Part shown: positions 46,877 to 55,140 of the stretch, piece by piece
Layout: every line of letters starts with the position of its first letter
Position numbering within the stretch: position 1 is the stretch's first letter
Assembly (NCBI GenBank): GCA_024654525.1
Contig: JANLHI010000032.1
Coordinates: 172-64,171, forward strand
DNA: 64,000 bases
Direction: 5' to 3'
Source of the DNA: Patescibacteria group bacterium
GTDB lineage: Bacteria > Patescibacteriota > Minisyncoccia > UBA6257 > 2-01-FULL-56-20
Program-made: the position numbers and the translations under genes
Notes under the pieces: model-generated
The model's database searches: none
What the model saw: only the letters and a program-made list of their open reading frames with translations
Told to the model about the DNA's origin: nothing

Positions 46877-47601
46877 TGATTATGGAAGAACAAGGAGGAG
46901 AAAAAAAAGTAAGTCTCGTTGAGACGATATATTTACTCATTATTGTTGGCATTAACTCTGTAGTAAAAATAGTTGCCGACCTTTCTTTCGGAATTCCTAT
47001 AATAGGACAAATTTTTTTTATATTTGCGGAGTTTTTCACCGTTATAATCTGGGCATTAATTCTTTTTTTCTTTGTAATGAAGCTGGGATCGTTTGGCGCG
47101 GTGGGAATTGCACAAGTCATCGGCGGTATTCTTGATATGCTTGGAATTCCAATAGGACTCCTCATTTCCACTACTCTCGGTATCTACCTTGCAAACCACC
47201 CGAAAGTCACTGCAGTGGCGCAACTCGCAACAGCAAAAGGAGCAGTGTCTGCGGAAGGAAGGGTTGCTAAAGAAGCTACGGCAGAGGGTACTGCAGGGGA
47301 AAAGACAGCGAAAGGTACTACGGCTCGCATCTCACAATCGGGTACTGCAGAAATACAAACTCCAGAAGCGGGTACTGTACCTAATACGCCCCTTGGAGAG
47401 GAAAATGTAATTCCTCAAAAGCCCTCAATTTCAGAAGAATCATTTGGGATTGAACCAGAACCATTAGAGAAGGTGCGAAGACTTATGGAAAACCCTCTAT
47501 CCCCAGAAGAAAACAGAGATGAGGAATCACAACCCTCATCACCTCCTCCTCGCATGGTTGAAGATATACACAAAAGAGAGCTCCCGGGCGATGGGGTATA
47601 A
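46876..47601 (+). CDS. Membrane protein with an N-terminal TM bundle and a disordered acidic/Pro-rich C-terminus.
   Basis: 241 aa. GTG at 46876 overlaps the VirB4 stop; an ATG alternative is at 46882. Three to four TM helices followed by AEGTAGEKTAKGTTA low-complexity sequence. Confidence 0.45.
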   Translation: MIMEEQGGEKKVSLVETIYLLIIVGINSVVKIVADLSFGIPIIGQIFFIFAEFFTVIIWALILFFFVMKLGSFGAVGIAQVIGGILDMLGIPIGLLISTTLGIYLANHPKVTAVAQLATAKGAVSAEGRVAKEATAEGTAGEKTAKGTTARISQSGTAEIQTPEAGTVPNTPLGEENVIPQKPSISEESFGIEPEPLEKVRRLMENPLSPEENRDEESQPSSPPPRMVEDIHKRELPGDGV

Positions 47602-47614
47602 TAAAAACAAGTAG

Positions 47615-48331
47615 ATGATGTTCTATATTTTTCTTAAAAAATCGAGGTGCTTCTTGTATATACGCGTTCTTATGTTTGCACTGTTTACGGTGATATTTGG
47701 TTTTATACCTTACCACGCAATCGGACAAACCGAACCTGAAGTGATTATAAATTGGAAAGCACAAAGTTATACTCCTTCTTCATACTTTGGAAAATCATTA
47801 CCCATATCAAAAACAAGTATTGTCGCGTCCCTTGAGATTCTCCAAGGAGGAAAGTTTGTAGATATTTCGAAAGAAACGATATATTGGTATGTCGACAACC
47901 GCTTAATATTCAGCGGGAAAGGACCGCAACGCGTGTCATTCCGTGCACCGGAACAACTGCAGGGGTCGCTCTCTTTACGCGTAGAGCTACCGTCTTATAA
48001 CGGGACATCACTCATAAAAGCCGTTACTATTCCTATTGTACGTCCGGAAGTGATAATTATAGCACCCTCTCAAGAGGGGAAGATATCCCTTCCCTCCACG
48101 ACATTTACAAGCGCACCTTATTTTTTCAACATCACGAATCCCGCAGAACTCTCTTTCCAGTGGAGCATAAACGATGAACCCGCCATACCTACAGGGAACC
48201 CCACTATGCTTACCGCAACCATCGGCGGTGCAGGAGCCGTAGGATCATCTCTTCGCATCGGCCTCTCCGTAATAAATCCGGCATATGACTTTGAAACAGC
48301 GCAATCCACCATAACCATGACTATTCGATGA
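47615..48331 (+). CDS. Hypothetical secreted protein.
   Basis: 238 aa. N-terminal signal/anchor VLMFALFTVIFGFIPYHAIG, beta-rich body. Overlaps the next gene by 4 nt. Confidence 0.45.
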   Translation: MMFYIFLKKSRCFLYIRVLMFALFTVIFGFIPYHAIGQTEPEVIINWKAQSYTPSSYFGKSLPISKTSIVASLEILQGGKFVDISKETIYWYVDNRLIFSGKGPQRVSFRAPEQLQGSLSLRVELPSYNGTSLIKAVTIPIVRPEVIIIAPSQEGKISLPSTTFTSAPYFFNITNPAELSFQWSINDEPAIPTGNPTMLTATIGGAGAVGSSLRIGLSVINPAYDFETAQSTITMTIR

Positions 48332-49395
48332 AGAAAAGCCATATATTATTTTCTTTTATATTATTACTGTCACTTGCTTTCTTTTCGCACGCCTCAACCA
48401 TAAACACCACCATTCCCGGTACAAATCCCACTGCAAGCAACCCTGCGGGGTTTGTTGCAAATTTTTATCAATTTTCCCTAATGCTCGGGGGATTGCTTGC
48501 CTTCGGTGCCATTGTCTACGGCGCAATCACTTACACCATATCCGCGGGTAATCCGGAGATGCAACGCGACGGAAAAGACAGAATTACACAAGCTCTTATT
48601 GGTCTTGCTCTTCTTATGGGCGCGGTACTTATCATCAATTTTATTAATCCCGATATTATCACCCACCCTAACCGGACAACATTCATTCTTAAGGACATCA
48701 ACACGCAAGGACTTAAAGACAATACTTCTGAAAACCCCTTGCAGTACGATCCCTCTTCGGCAGTGAACTACAACGAGCTGCATGAACAAATGGTAGCGGC
48801 ACGAGAAGAATATCAAAAACTTGAAGACCAAGTTATAACCCTTCGTCAGGAAGCGGCATATTTAGAAGAAGATGCGCTGTACGACCCGGCGGCAAAGGCG
48901 CAAGTAGATGAATTTAATAGACAAGCAGATGTCCTTGAACAACAACTCACCGGAAAAAAGGCAGAAACAAATTCGACGATATATAAACTGCGAGCAGACA
49001 CCGCGGCGCTTTCCAATGATGCTGAGCAAATAAAATTTTTAAAGGAGGCGAATGATCAGCAACTTGATTCTGCAATAGCCAAGGCAAAAGCCGGAGATGA
49101 TGTGCAAACCGCCAATGCGCTAGTAATTCGACAATACACAGATGGCCTTAATCTTACACAAAAAGCTGCACTTGCGGCAATCGCCCAGACCAATAAAACA
49201 CATAGTGCGCGTGATCTTGGCGATGTATATAGCGCCATCACTAGTCTTGAAACGGGAAGCGGGAAAATAAAATTGGAAGCGCTCAAAAAAGCTCATCCTG
49301 ATAAAGCGGAAGAAATACAAAAAACAGCGGATGACACTATTAAGGCAATCCGAGCCGCATATGACGGAATTGACGTAGAGGGACTTCTTCCATAG
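48328..49395 (+). CDS. Signal-peptide protein with two hydrophobic helices (pilin/VirB2-like topology) and a C-terminal coiled-coil domain.
   Basis: 355 aa. Signal ILFSFILLLSLAFFSHAS, hydrophobic pair FSLMLGGLLAFGAIVYGAITYTI and ALIGLALLMGAVLIINFI, then an Ala/Gln/Glu/Lys-rich helical tail. Confidence 0.4.
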   Translation: MKKSHILFSFILLLSLAFFSHASTINTTIPGTNPTASNPAGFVANFYQFSLMLGGLLAFGAIVYGAITYTISAGNPEMQRDGKDRITQALIGLALLMGAVLIINFINPDIITHPNRTTFILKDINTQGLKDNTSENPLQYDPSSAVNYNELHEQMVAAREEYQKLEDQVITLRQEAAYLEEDALYDPAAKAQVDEFNRQADVLEQQLTGKKAETNSTIYKLRADTAALSNDAEQIKFLKEANDQQLDSAIAKAKAGDDVQTANALVIRQYTDGLNLTQKAALAAIAQTNKTHSARDLGDVYSAITSLETGSGKIKLEALKKAHPDKAEEIQKTADDTIKAIRAAYDGIDVEGLLP

Positions 49396-49401
49396 CACAC
49401 C

Positions 49402-50628
49402 ATGAAACGATTTCTTTATCTTATCGCCATCCTCGCCGTTATCGGTCTTATTATAGGTGCATTTTTCTTTTTCCAATATCGTAGCGATTCTCCTGTACAA
49501 GAAGAATCTTCAGAGGGCACACTTCCCGCATCAACCGAACCTATATCAATATATCCTTCGGAACAAAAAAATCCCGATGTTATTCCGGATCCGAATACCC
49601 CCATATCTCTTGGCGGAGGGCTGACCATCGCATACCCTAATCCGGTTTTTGCGTTCGCACTTGCCCCTGACGGCGACGTGATTATCATCGATCCTAAAGG
49701 AAAAGTGAGTATCCTTCCCGCGTCAGCAGGTACTGCGGCTGTTGCCGCAATCACTTTGAGTCCCACTCCCATTACCAATCTTTGGAAAGCTTCATTTTCC
49801 GCAGACGCATCGAAAATTCTCGTCCTTTTCGGAAATCCACACGCACCACAATCGGCAATATTTAATGTCGCTACAAAAACATGGCAACCTTTCCCCATCT
49901 CTATTATGGATGGCGCATGGGCACCCACGGGTCTTTCTGTCGCCTATATCACCGATAAGAATGGGATAAGCTCCCTTTCTACGTTAGATATTTCAAGTCC
50001 AAATAATAAATCACAAGAGCTTTTCAAAACTCATTTTACGGACATCTCTCTTGCATGGCCTGAATCCAATCGTATTTTTATTTATGAGCGTGCAAGCTCT
50101 CTCGTTCCTTCAAATGCGTGGAATTTCGACGTAAAGAAAAAAGGTTTATCTTCTTTTGCAATCGCACAACGCGGACTGATAACATCATGGTTTCCTTCAT
50201 CCGCCAGTGGTCTTGCATTTATCGCGGGCGATGCAGGAAAAGGGGGAAACCTGTTCCTTATTTCTCCTCAAGGTGACGTCCAGGAACGCTTCTCATTTCT
50301 TACACTTCCCAGTAAATGTTCCATTGCCCCTTCATCTGATACGCGCACTTCATCCACATCCGCGCTTTCAGATTCCTCACTGCTTATCTGCGGAATTCCA
50401 CGTAACACTTCGGCATTACAAATAACATCTCTTCCCGATGCATATTACAAAAACTCTCTCTTCACCAACGATGCGATTTATGCAATAGATCTCTCTACGG
50501 GTATTACGCGCACACTTTTTGATGACACTACAAAAAATTTCGATGCTTCATCACTCTCCTCCTCGCGCACCACTGCATATTTCATCAATCGCTACGACAA
50601 AAAACTTTATTCAATTCTTATACAATAG
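49402..50628 (+). CDS. Hypothetical membrane-anchored extracytoplasmic protein, possibly beta-propeller-like.
   Basis: 408 aa. TM anchor LYLIAILAVIGLIIGAFFFF, Ser/Thr-rich beta-strand repeats. Last gene of the co-directional block. Confidence 0.45.
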   Translation: MKRFLYLIAILAVIGLIIGAFFFFQYRSDSPVQEESSEGTLPASTEPISIYPSEQKNPDVIPDPNTPISLGGGLTIAYPNPVFAFALAPDGDVIIIDPKGKVSILPASAGTAAVAAITLSPTPITNLWKASFSADASKILVLFGNPHAPQSAIFNVATKTWQPFPISIMDGAWAPTGLSVAYITDKNGISSLSTLDISSPNNKSQELFKTHFTDISLAWPESNRIFIYERASSLVPSNAWNFDVKKKGLSSFAIAQRGLITSWFPSSASGLAFIAGDAGKGGNLFLISPQGDVQERFSFLTLPSKCSIAPSSDTRTSSTSALSDSSLLICGIPRNTSALQITSLPDAYYKNSLFTNDAIYAIDLSTGITRTLFDDTTKNFDASSLSSSRTTAYFINRYDKKLYSILIQ

Positions 50629-51046
50629 GCTTTATCACCACGCATCTCTCTTTTCCTTCTCCCACACTTTCAGTTTTTACATCAGGATGCACCGCAAGAG
50701 CCGTATGTATAATACGTCTTTCATAAGAATTCATTGCGGGTAATGCAACTTCATTTTTTGTTGTATGTACTTTTTTTGCGGCGGCTTTCGCAAGCTCCGC
50801 AATCAAATTTTCTCTCTCATGCCTGTAATTATTCACATCGAATATCACAGGCGCATCATCGTGCTTTCGAGATATGAGTTGCATCACATGATTAATACTC
50901 GACACAAGTGTCGGCAAACATTCTTTTATAAATTCAGGATTCTCATATATAAATACGCTTCCTCTTTTATCGTCCCCAACTTCCACGCGAAAATCGCGAA
51001 ATCCCATCCGTTCCAATAACTGTTGTATGAAAATTTGATAGTTCAT
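50618..51046 (-). CDS. jag: Jag/KhpB-like R3H-domain RNA-binding protein.
   Basis: 142 aa. C-terminal LPAMNSYERRIIHTALAVHPDVKTESVGEGKERCVVIKP is an R3H motif. Positioned after yidC as in the classical rnpA-yidC-jag operon. Confidence 0.8.
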   Translation of the reverse strand: MNYQIFIQQLLERMGFRDFRVEVGDDKRGSVFIYENPEFIKECLPTLVSSINHVMQLISRKHDDAPVIFDVNNYRHERENLIAELAKAAAKKVHTTKNEVALPAMNSYERRIIHTALAVHPDVKTESVGEGKERCVVIKPIV

Positions 51047-51747
51047 GAGTGGGAAAATTCCTTATTCACGATAAGTTGTTGCACTACGGAAAAAAGAGAA
51101 GAGGTAAGCCAATATAAGCTAATCGCCGCAGGGAATCCCCAAAATATGACTAACGTAAGAATTGGGGCTATAAAAACCATATTGCGACTTATTCGTTCGG
51201 CGTCAGAGAGCTTCTCTCCATCCTTTCTTTTTGGTAAAGCTAATTTACCTTGTAAATATTGGGCCGCTGCCGCAAAACACACCATGACGATACTCCGCTC
51301 CCCTAAATTAATCAAGCCGAGAAGTGTGGCGCTAAGTATTGCGGGTGCATGGACAAACGAGTAGATACCTTCAGTAATCGCCTCGGGGGCCGCGATACCG
51401 GAGAATACATGATATAGCGCAATAAGCACCGGAAGTTGGAGAAAAAGGAGAAGAATACCCGAAAAAGGATTGATTTTGTTTTCACGATACAAACCCATCA
51501 TCGCTTTCGCTTGTTGCTCTCGATCGCCGGAATGTTTCTCTTGAATTTTCTTAAGTTCAGGTTGCAAGCGCTGCATCACCGCTTGATGCCGTACGCTTTT
51601 ATGAAATACCGGAAAAAGAATCAGCCGGATAGCTATAGTGAGAAGGATGATGGCAATACCAAGATCACCGAAAGAAACACTGTTATACAGCACAATAAGG
51701 GCATTGAGGAGTGGCTGATATAAGAACGTATAGTATAAGAAATACAT
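51043..51747 (-). CDS. yidC: Membrane protein insertase YidC (short form).
   Basis: 234 aa. LGIAIILLTIAIRLILFP, MMGLYRENKINPFSGILLLFLQLPVLIAL conserved YidC/Oxa1 core. Confidence 0.88.
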   Translation of the reverse strand: MYFLYYTFLYQPLLNALIVLYNSVSFGDLGIAIILLTIAIRLILFPVFHKSVRHQAVMQRLQPELKKIQEKHSGDREQQAKAMMGLYRENKINPFSGILLLFLQLPVLIALYHVFSGIAAPEAITEGIYSFVHAPAILSATLLGLINLGERSIVMVCFAAAAQYLQGKLALPKRKDGEKLSDAERISRNMVFIAPILTLVIFWGFPAAISLYWLTSSLFSVVQQLIVNKEFSHS

Positions 51748-51748
51748 T

Positions 51749-52099
51749 TTAGCGAGATACTTTCTGTTGTTCAGTGATTATATATTGAACAATAGCATGA
51801 TGCGCTTTTTCAATCTCCCCGCGAAGATTATGGTGAGAAAGAGAAACTACTGCGCGAGTAAGAATAAATACTACGTCGTAAGCCTCTTTAAATTTCCACG
51901 TACGCACCTCTCCTAGAATTTTCCTTTTTAACCCATGGCGGCGAACTGACAATGGCTCAACGGAGTTGCTAATTACAACCCCAAACATACTCTCTTTTTG
52001 TTTATTAGGGCCACCTTTTACACTAAGGTAACGACTGATATAAAGAAGCCGTGCGCGCAACGCCCTAGGGACCAGTGCGCGCATCTTCCTTGGAAGCAT
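51749..52099 (-). CDS. rnpA: Ribonuclease P protein component.
   Basis: 116 aa, basic. FGVVISNSV...RRHGLKRKILGEVR and DVVFILTRAVV...LRGEIEKA align with RnpA conserved blocks. Immediately downstream of rpmH. Confidence 0.72.
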   Translation of the reverse strand: MLPRKMRALVPRALRARLLYISRYLSVKGGPNKQKESMFGVVISNSVEPLSVRRHGLKRKILGEVRTWKFKEAYDVVFILTRAVVSLSHHNLRGEIEKAHHAIVQYIITEQQKVSR

Positions 52100-52102
52100 A
52101 TA

Positions 52103-52237
52103 CTATACAGAAAGGCGTTTTCGCCCCTTCTGCCGCCGGCGCCGAAGCACAGATTGACCTCCGGGACGCCTTTGCCGAATCAGAAACCCGTGCGTTCGCG
52201 CTCTCTTCTTCTTTTTTGGCTGATATGTCTGCGACAT
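52103..52237 (-). CDS. rpmH: 50S ribosomal protein L34.
   Basis: Minus-strand 44-aa ORF not in the supplied track: [44 protein letters not shown]. Classic L34 sequence. Confidence 0.85.
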   Translation of the reverse strand: MSQTYQPKKKKRARTHGFLIRQRRPGGQSVLRRRRQKGRKRLSV

Positions 52238-52504
52238 AGCATCATTCTACACATATTTTCTATAAACACAACATTTTTAACCTCCTTGCGCAACTCATTA
52301 TGCACAGAAAATCCCCAAACCTATTCCTTTATTTTTTGACTCGCGGAGATTTCTTCATACAATTAACTCATTGGTTTCTTTTCTTTCTCTATTTTTATTA
52401 TGCGCTTCGGTAAAAAATTAATTCCTATGTTTGAGGGTGCGCCGATTGCTCTTAGTAAAATCCACTATCCTTTGTCGAGGATACGTTTTTAACCTTTTAA
52501 CAAA

Positions 52505-53863
52505 ATGAACCTCGAAGAGTTATGGCAGTCAACGCTTGCTGAAATGGAAGTACAGCTTTCGAGGGCTAATTTTTCTACGTGGCTCAAGAACAGTCACCTT
52601 GTAAATAAACAGGATGGAACTTTTTTTATCGCCCTCCCGAATAATTTTGCAAAAGAATGGGTAGAAAATAAATACAATAAAAATCTCCTTGGTATTTTGA
52701 GAAATTTTGACGCTTCTGCACGGAAATTGGAATTTGTTGTGGCCTCTCAAAATGTTATAGCACCTTTACGTAAAGAATCTTCATCCACACAATCTCCTCA
52801 AGCGGAAAATCAAATGCGCCTCGAACTTAAAATAGATCCGGAAACAAATCTTAATCCCCGATATACCCTGTCTTCTTTTGTAGTGGGACCCTCAAACGAA
52901 CTGGCGTTCGCGGCGGCATCAGCAATTATCAATGATGTTGGGTCAAAATATAATCCCTTCTTCATATACGGAGGAGTGGGACTCGGAAAGACTCATCTTA
53001 TACAAGCGATTGGCAACGAAGTAAAAGCGAAGTATCAAGGGAAAATACGACCGAAATATGTTCCTTCCGAACGTTTTACAAGCGATGTGGTGTGGGCTAT
53101 TAGAAATAAGAGAATGGAAGATATAAAGAAAAAATACAGAGATGTGGATCTCTTAATTATTGATGATATTCAATTTATAGGGGGAAAGGAAAAAACGGAA
53201 GAGGAGTTTTTTCATACATTTAACACTCTTTATGAAAATAATAAACAAATCATTATCTCATCGGATAGGCCTCCTCAATCAATTCCAACGCTGGAAGAGC
53301 GTCTTCGCTCTCGGTTCGAAGGAGGCCTTATTACCGACGTAAGTTATCCGGAATACGAAATGCGCGTGGCTATTATTAAAACCAAGCTTCAGGAATTAAA
53401 TCAAAGCCTCCCCGCAAACGTTATTGATGTTATTGCAAAGCGTATGAAGAAAAATATTCGCGAACTTGAAGGAACTCTTAATAAAATTCTTTTCTATCAA
53501 GAACGAAAGCAAACACAAATAACCGAGAGTGTGGCGGAGGATATTATTGAAAAATCATCTCAAAACCTTTCTCGTCGCGTTACCGACGCACAAGTCCTTA
53601 AAGCGGTTGCGGAGTTTTTTAATATCAATACTGCCGATCTTCTAAGTCATAATAGAAGGAAAGAAGTTGTGGAGCCACGTCAAATCGTGATGTTTCTTCT
53701 TCGGGATATGTTGGAGTTATCCTACCCCTCTATTGGGGAAAAGATGGGGAAAGATCACACCACCGCAATCCATGCTTATGAAAAAATCAGCAGGGATGTG
53801 AATAAGTATGCCGCTCTTAACCAGAAAATCCTCATGATACGCGACATGATATACAAGGGATAA
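52505..53863 (+). CDS. dnaA: Chromosomal replication initiator protein DnaA.
   Basis: 452 aa. Walker A GGVGLGKTHL, LLIDDIQF, sensor motifs, C-terminal DNA-binding helix LSYPSIGEKMGKDHTTAIHAYEKI. Confidence 0.95.
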   Translation: MNLEELWQSTLAEMEVQLSRANFSTWLKNSHLVNKQDGTFFIALPNNFAKEWVENKYNKNLLGILRNFDASARKLEFVVASQNVIAPLRKESSSTQSPQAENQMRLELKIDPETNLNPRYTLSSFVVGPSNELAFAAASAIINDVGSKYNPFFIYGGVGLGKTHLIQAIGNEVKAKYQGKIRPKYVPSERFTSDVVWAIRNKRMEDIKKKYRDVDLLIIDDIQFIGGKEKTEEEFFHTFNTLYENNKQIIISSDRPPQSIPTLEERLRSRFEGGLITDVSYPEYEMRVAIIKTKLQELNQSLPANVIDVIAKRMKKNIRELEGTLNKILFYQERKQTQITESVAEDIIEKSSQNLSRRVTDAQVLKAVAEFFNINTADLLSHNRRKEVVEPRQIVMFLLRDMLELSYPSIGEKMGKDHTTAIHAYEKISRDVNKYAALNQKILMIRDMIYKG

Positions 53864-54004
53864 TCCACATGTATTCCAATTCTCTAATTCATTTTAAGCC
53901 TTATATAACATGCGTTTCTGGATTTATCCACATACCCACACCCTCTAATAACAGTAGTAACAACAATAATAAATATTAATTAATATAGAATTCTTATTAT
54001 TACT
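53861..54004. promoter_or_regulatory. Candidate oriC segment between dnaA and dnaN, with DnaA boxes and an AT-rich unwinding element.
   Basis: Perfect TTATCCACA at 53924-53932. One-mismatch tAATCCACA at 53861-53869. Pure AT run aataataaatattaattaatatagaattcttattattact at about 53960-54003. An additional TTATgCACA lies at 52297-52305 upstream of dnaA. Confidence 0.5.
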
Positions 54005-55114
54005 ATGAAAGCTATTATTCTTAGAACCGGGTTGCTTGAGGGGATAGTTACCGTGAGTAAGTTAGCAGTCGGTGACGCTCTCCCTATTCTTAAGAATATC
54101 CTTATCGAAGCTCAAAATAATAAACTCATCCTTACCGCGACAAATCTCGAAACAGCAATTCAGAAAACAATATTAGGAAAAGTTATCGAAACAGGAAAAG
54201 TCTCGATTCCCGCAAAAGCGTTTTCTGATGTAATAAGCGCATTAAGAAGCGAAAGGATTAATTTAGACCAAAAAGAGCATAATCTTTCAATTACATCCGA
54301 CAATTATCACGCAACTTTTCAAGGGCTTTCCGTGGAAGATTTTCCTATAATTCCCAAGATAAAAACCAAAGAAGCATGTATTGAGTGTAAGGCAGATATT
54401 TTTAAAGATGCGCTTGAATCTGTCTTGATCGCAACTGAATTTTCCGACTTACGTCCCGAGTTGAATAGCGTACTTCTCCATATTTCTTCGGATGGTATCA
54501 AGCTTGTTGCGACAGATAGCTTTCGTCTCGCAGAGCGTCATATTCCAACTTCGCAATTCACCACTACTATCGCACAAGAGATGAAAGTGCTTATTCCGCT
54601 TAAAACTAACCAAGGGTTGGCGCGTATATTAGACACGGATGGAAGTGTAAAAATCTATATTGATGAAAATCAAATATTATTTTCCACTCCGGATACGGAA
54701 TGTATTTCTAGACTTGTAGAGGGAAATTTTCCTGAATATTCGGGAATTATTCCATCCTCGTTTCAATCCGAACTTACTCTTGAGAAAGAAGATTTTGCCG
54801 AGGCTTTGAAATTAGCAAGTGTATTCAGTGAAAAAAACAATGAGATTAAGATTTCTTTTTCGAAAGAAAAGAAGGCGATTGATATCAGTTCTGCCCAACA
54901 AGGTCTTGGTGAAAATGTATATACACTTCCTATAAATATAACAGGCGACGGAGGAGAGGTTCTTTTTAATAGCAGATACATTCACGATATGCTTCGTGTT
55001 GCGCGCGGAAAGGAGTTGTTTATAGGGCTTAATGATGAAAGCTCCCCCGCTCTTCTTCGTGTAGTAGGAGATGCTTCATATTGTTATATTGTAAAACCCA
55101 TTTTGAAAACATAA
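54005..55114 (+). CDS. dnaN: DNA polymerase III beta sliding clamp.
   Basis: 369 aa. Three-domain clamp pattern with N-terminal MKAIILRTGLLEGIVTVSKLA and C-terminal LNSRYIHDMLRV. Follows dnaA. Confidence 0.93.
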   Translation: MKAIILRTGLLEGIVTVSKLAVGDALPILKNILIEAQNNKLILTATNLETAIQKTILGKVIETGKVSIPAKAFSDVISALRSERINLDQKEHNLSITSDNYHATFQGLSVEDFPIIPKIKTKEACIECKADIFKDALESVLIATEFSDLRPELNSVLLHISSDGIKLVATDSFRLAERHIPTSQFTTTIAQEMKVLIPLKTNQGLARILDTDGSVKIYIDENQILFSTPDTECISRLVEGNFPEYSGIIPSSFQSELTLEKEDFAEALKLASVFSEKNNEIKISFSKEKKAIDISSAQQGLGENVYTLPINITGDGGEVLFNSRYIHDMLRVARGKELFIGLNDESSPALLRVVGDASYCYIVKPILKT

Positions 55115-55140
55115 GTCGTTTTTAAAAGAGACGGATAATG

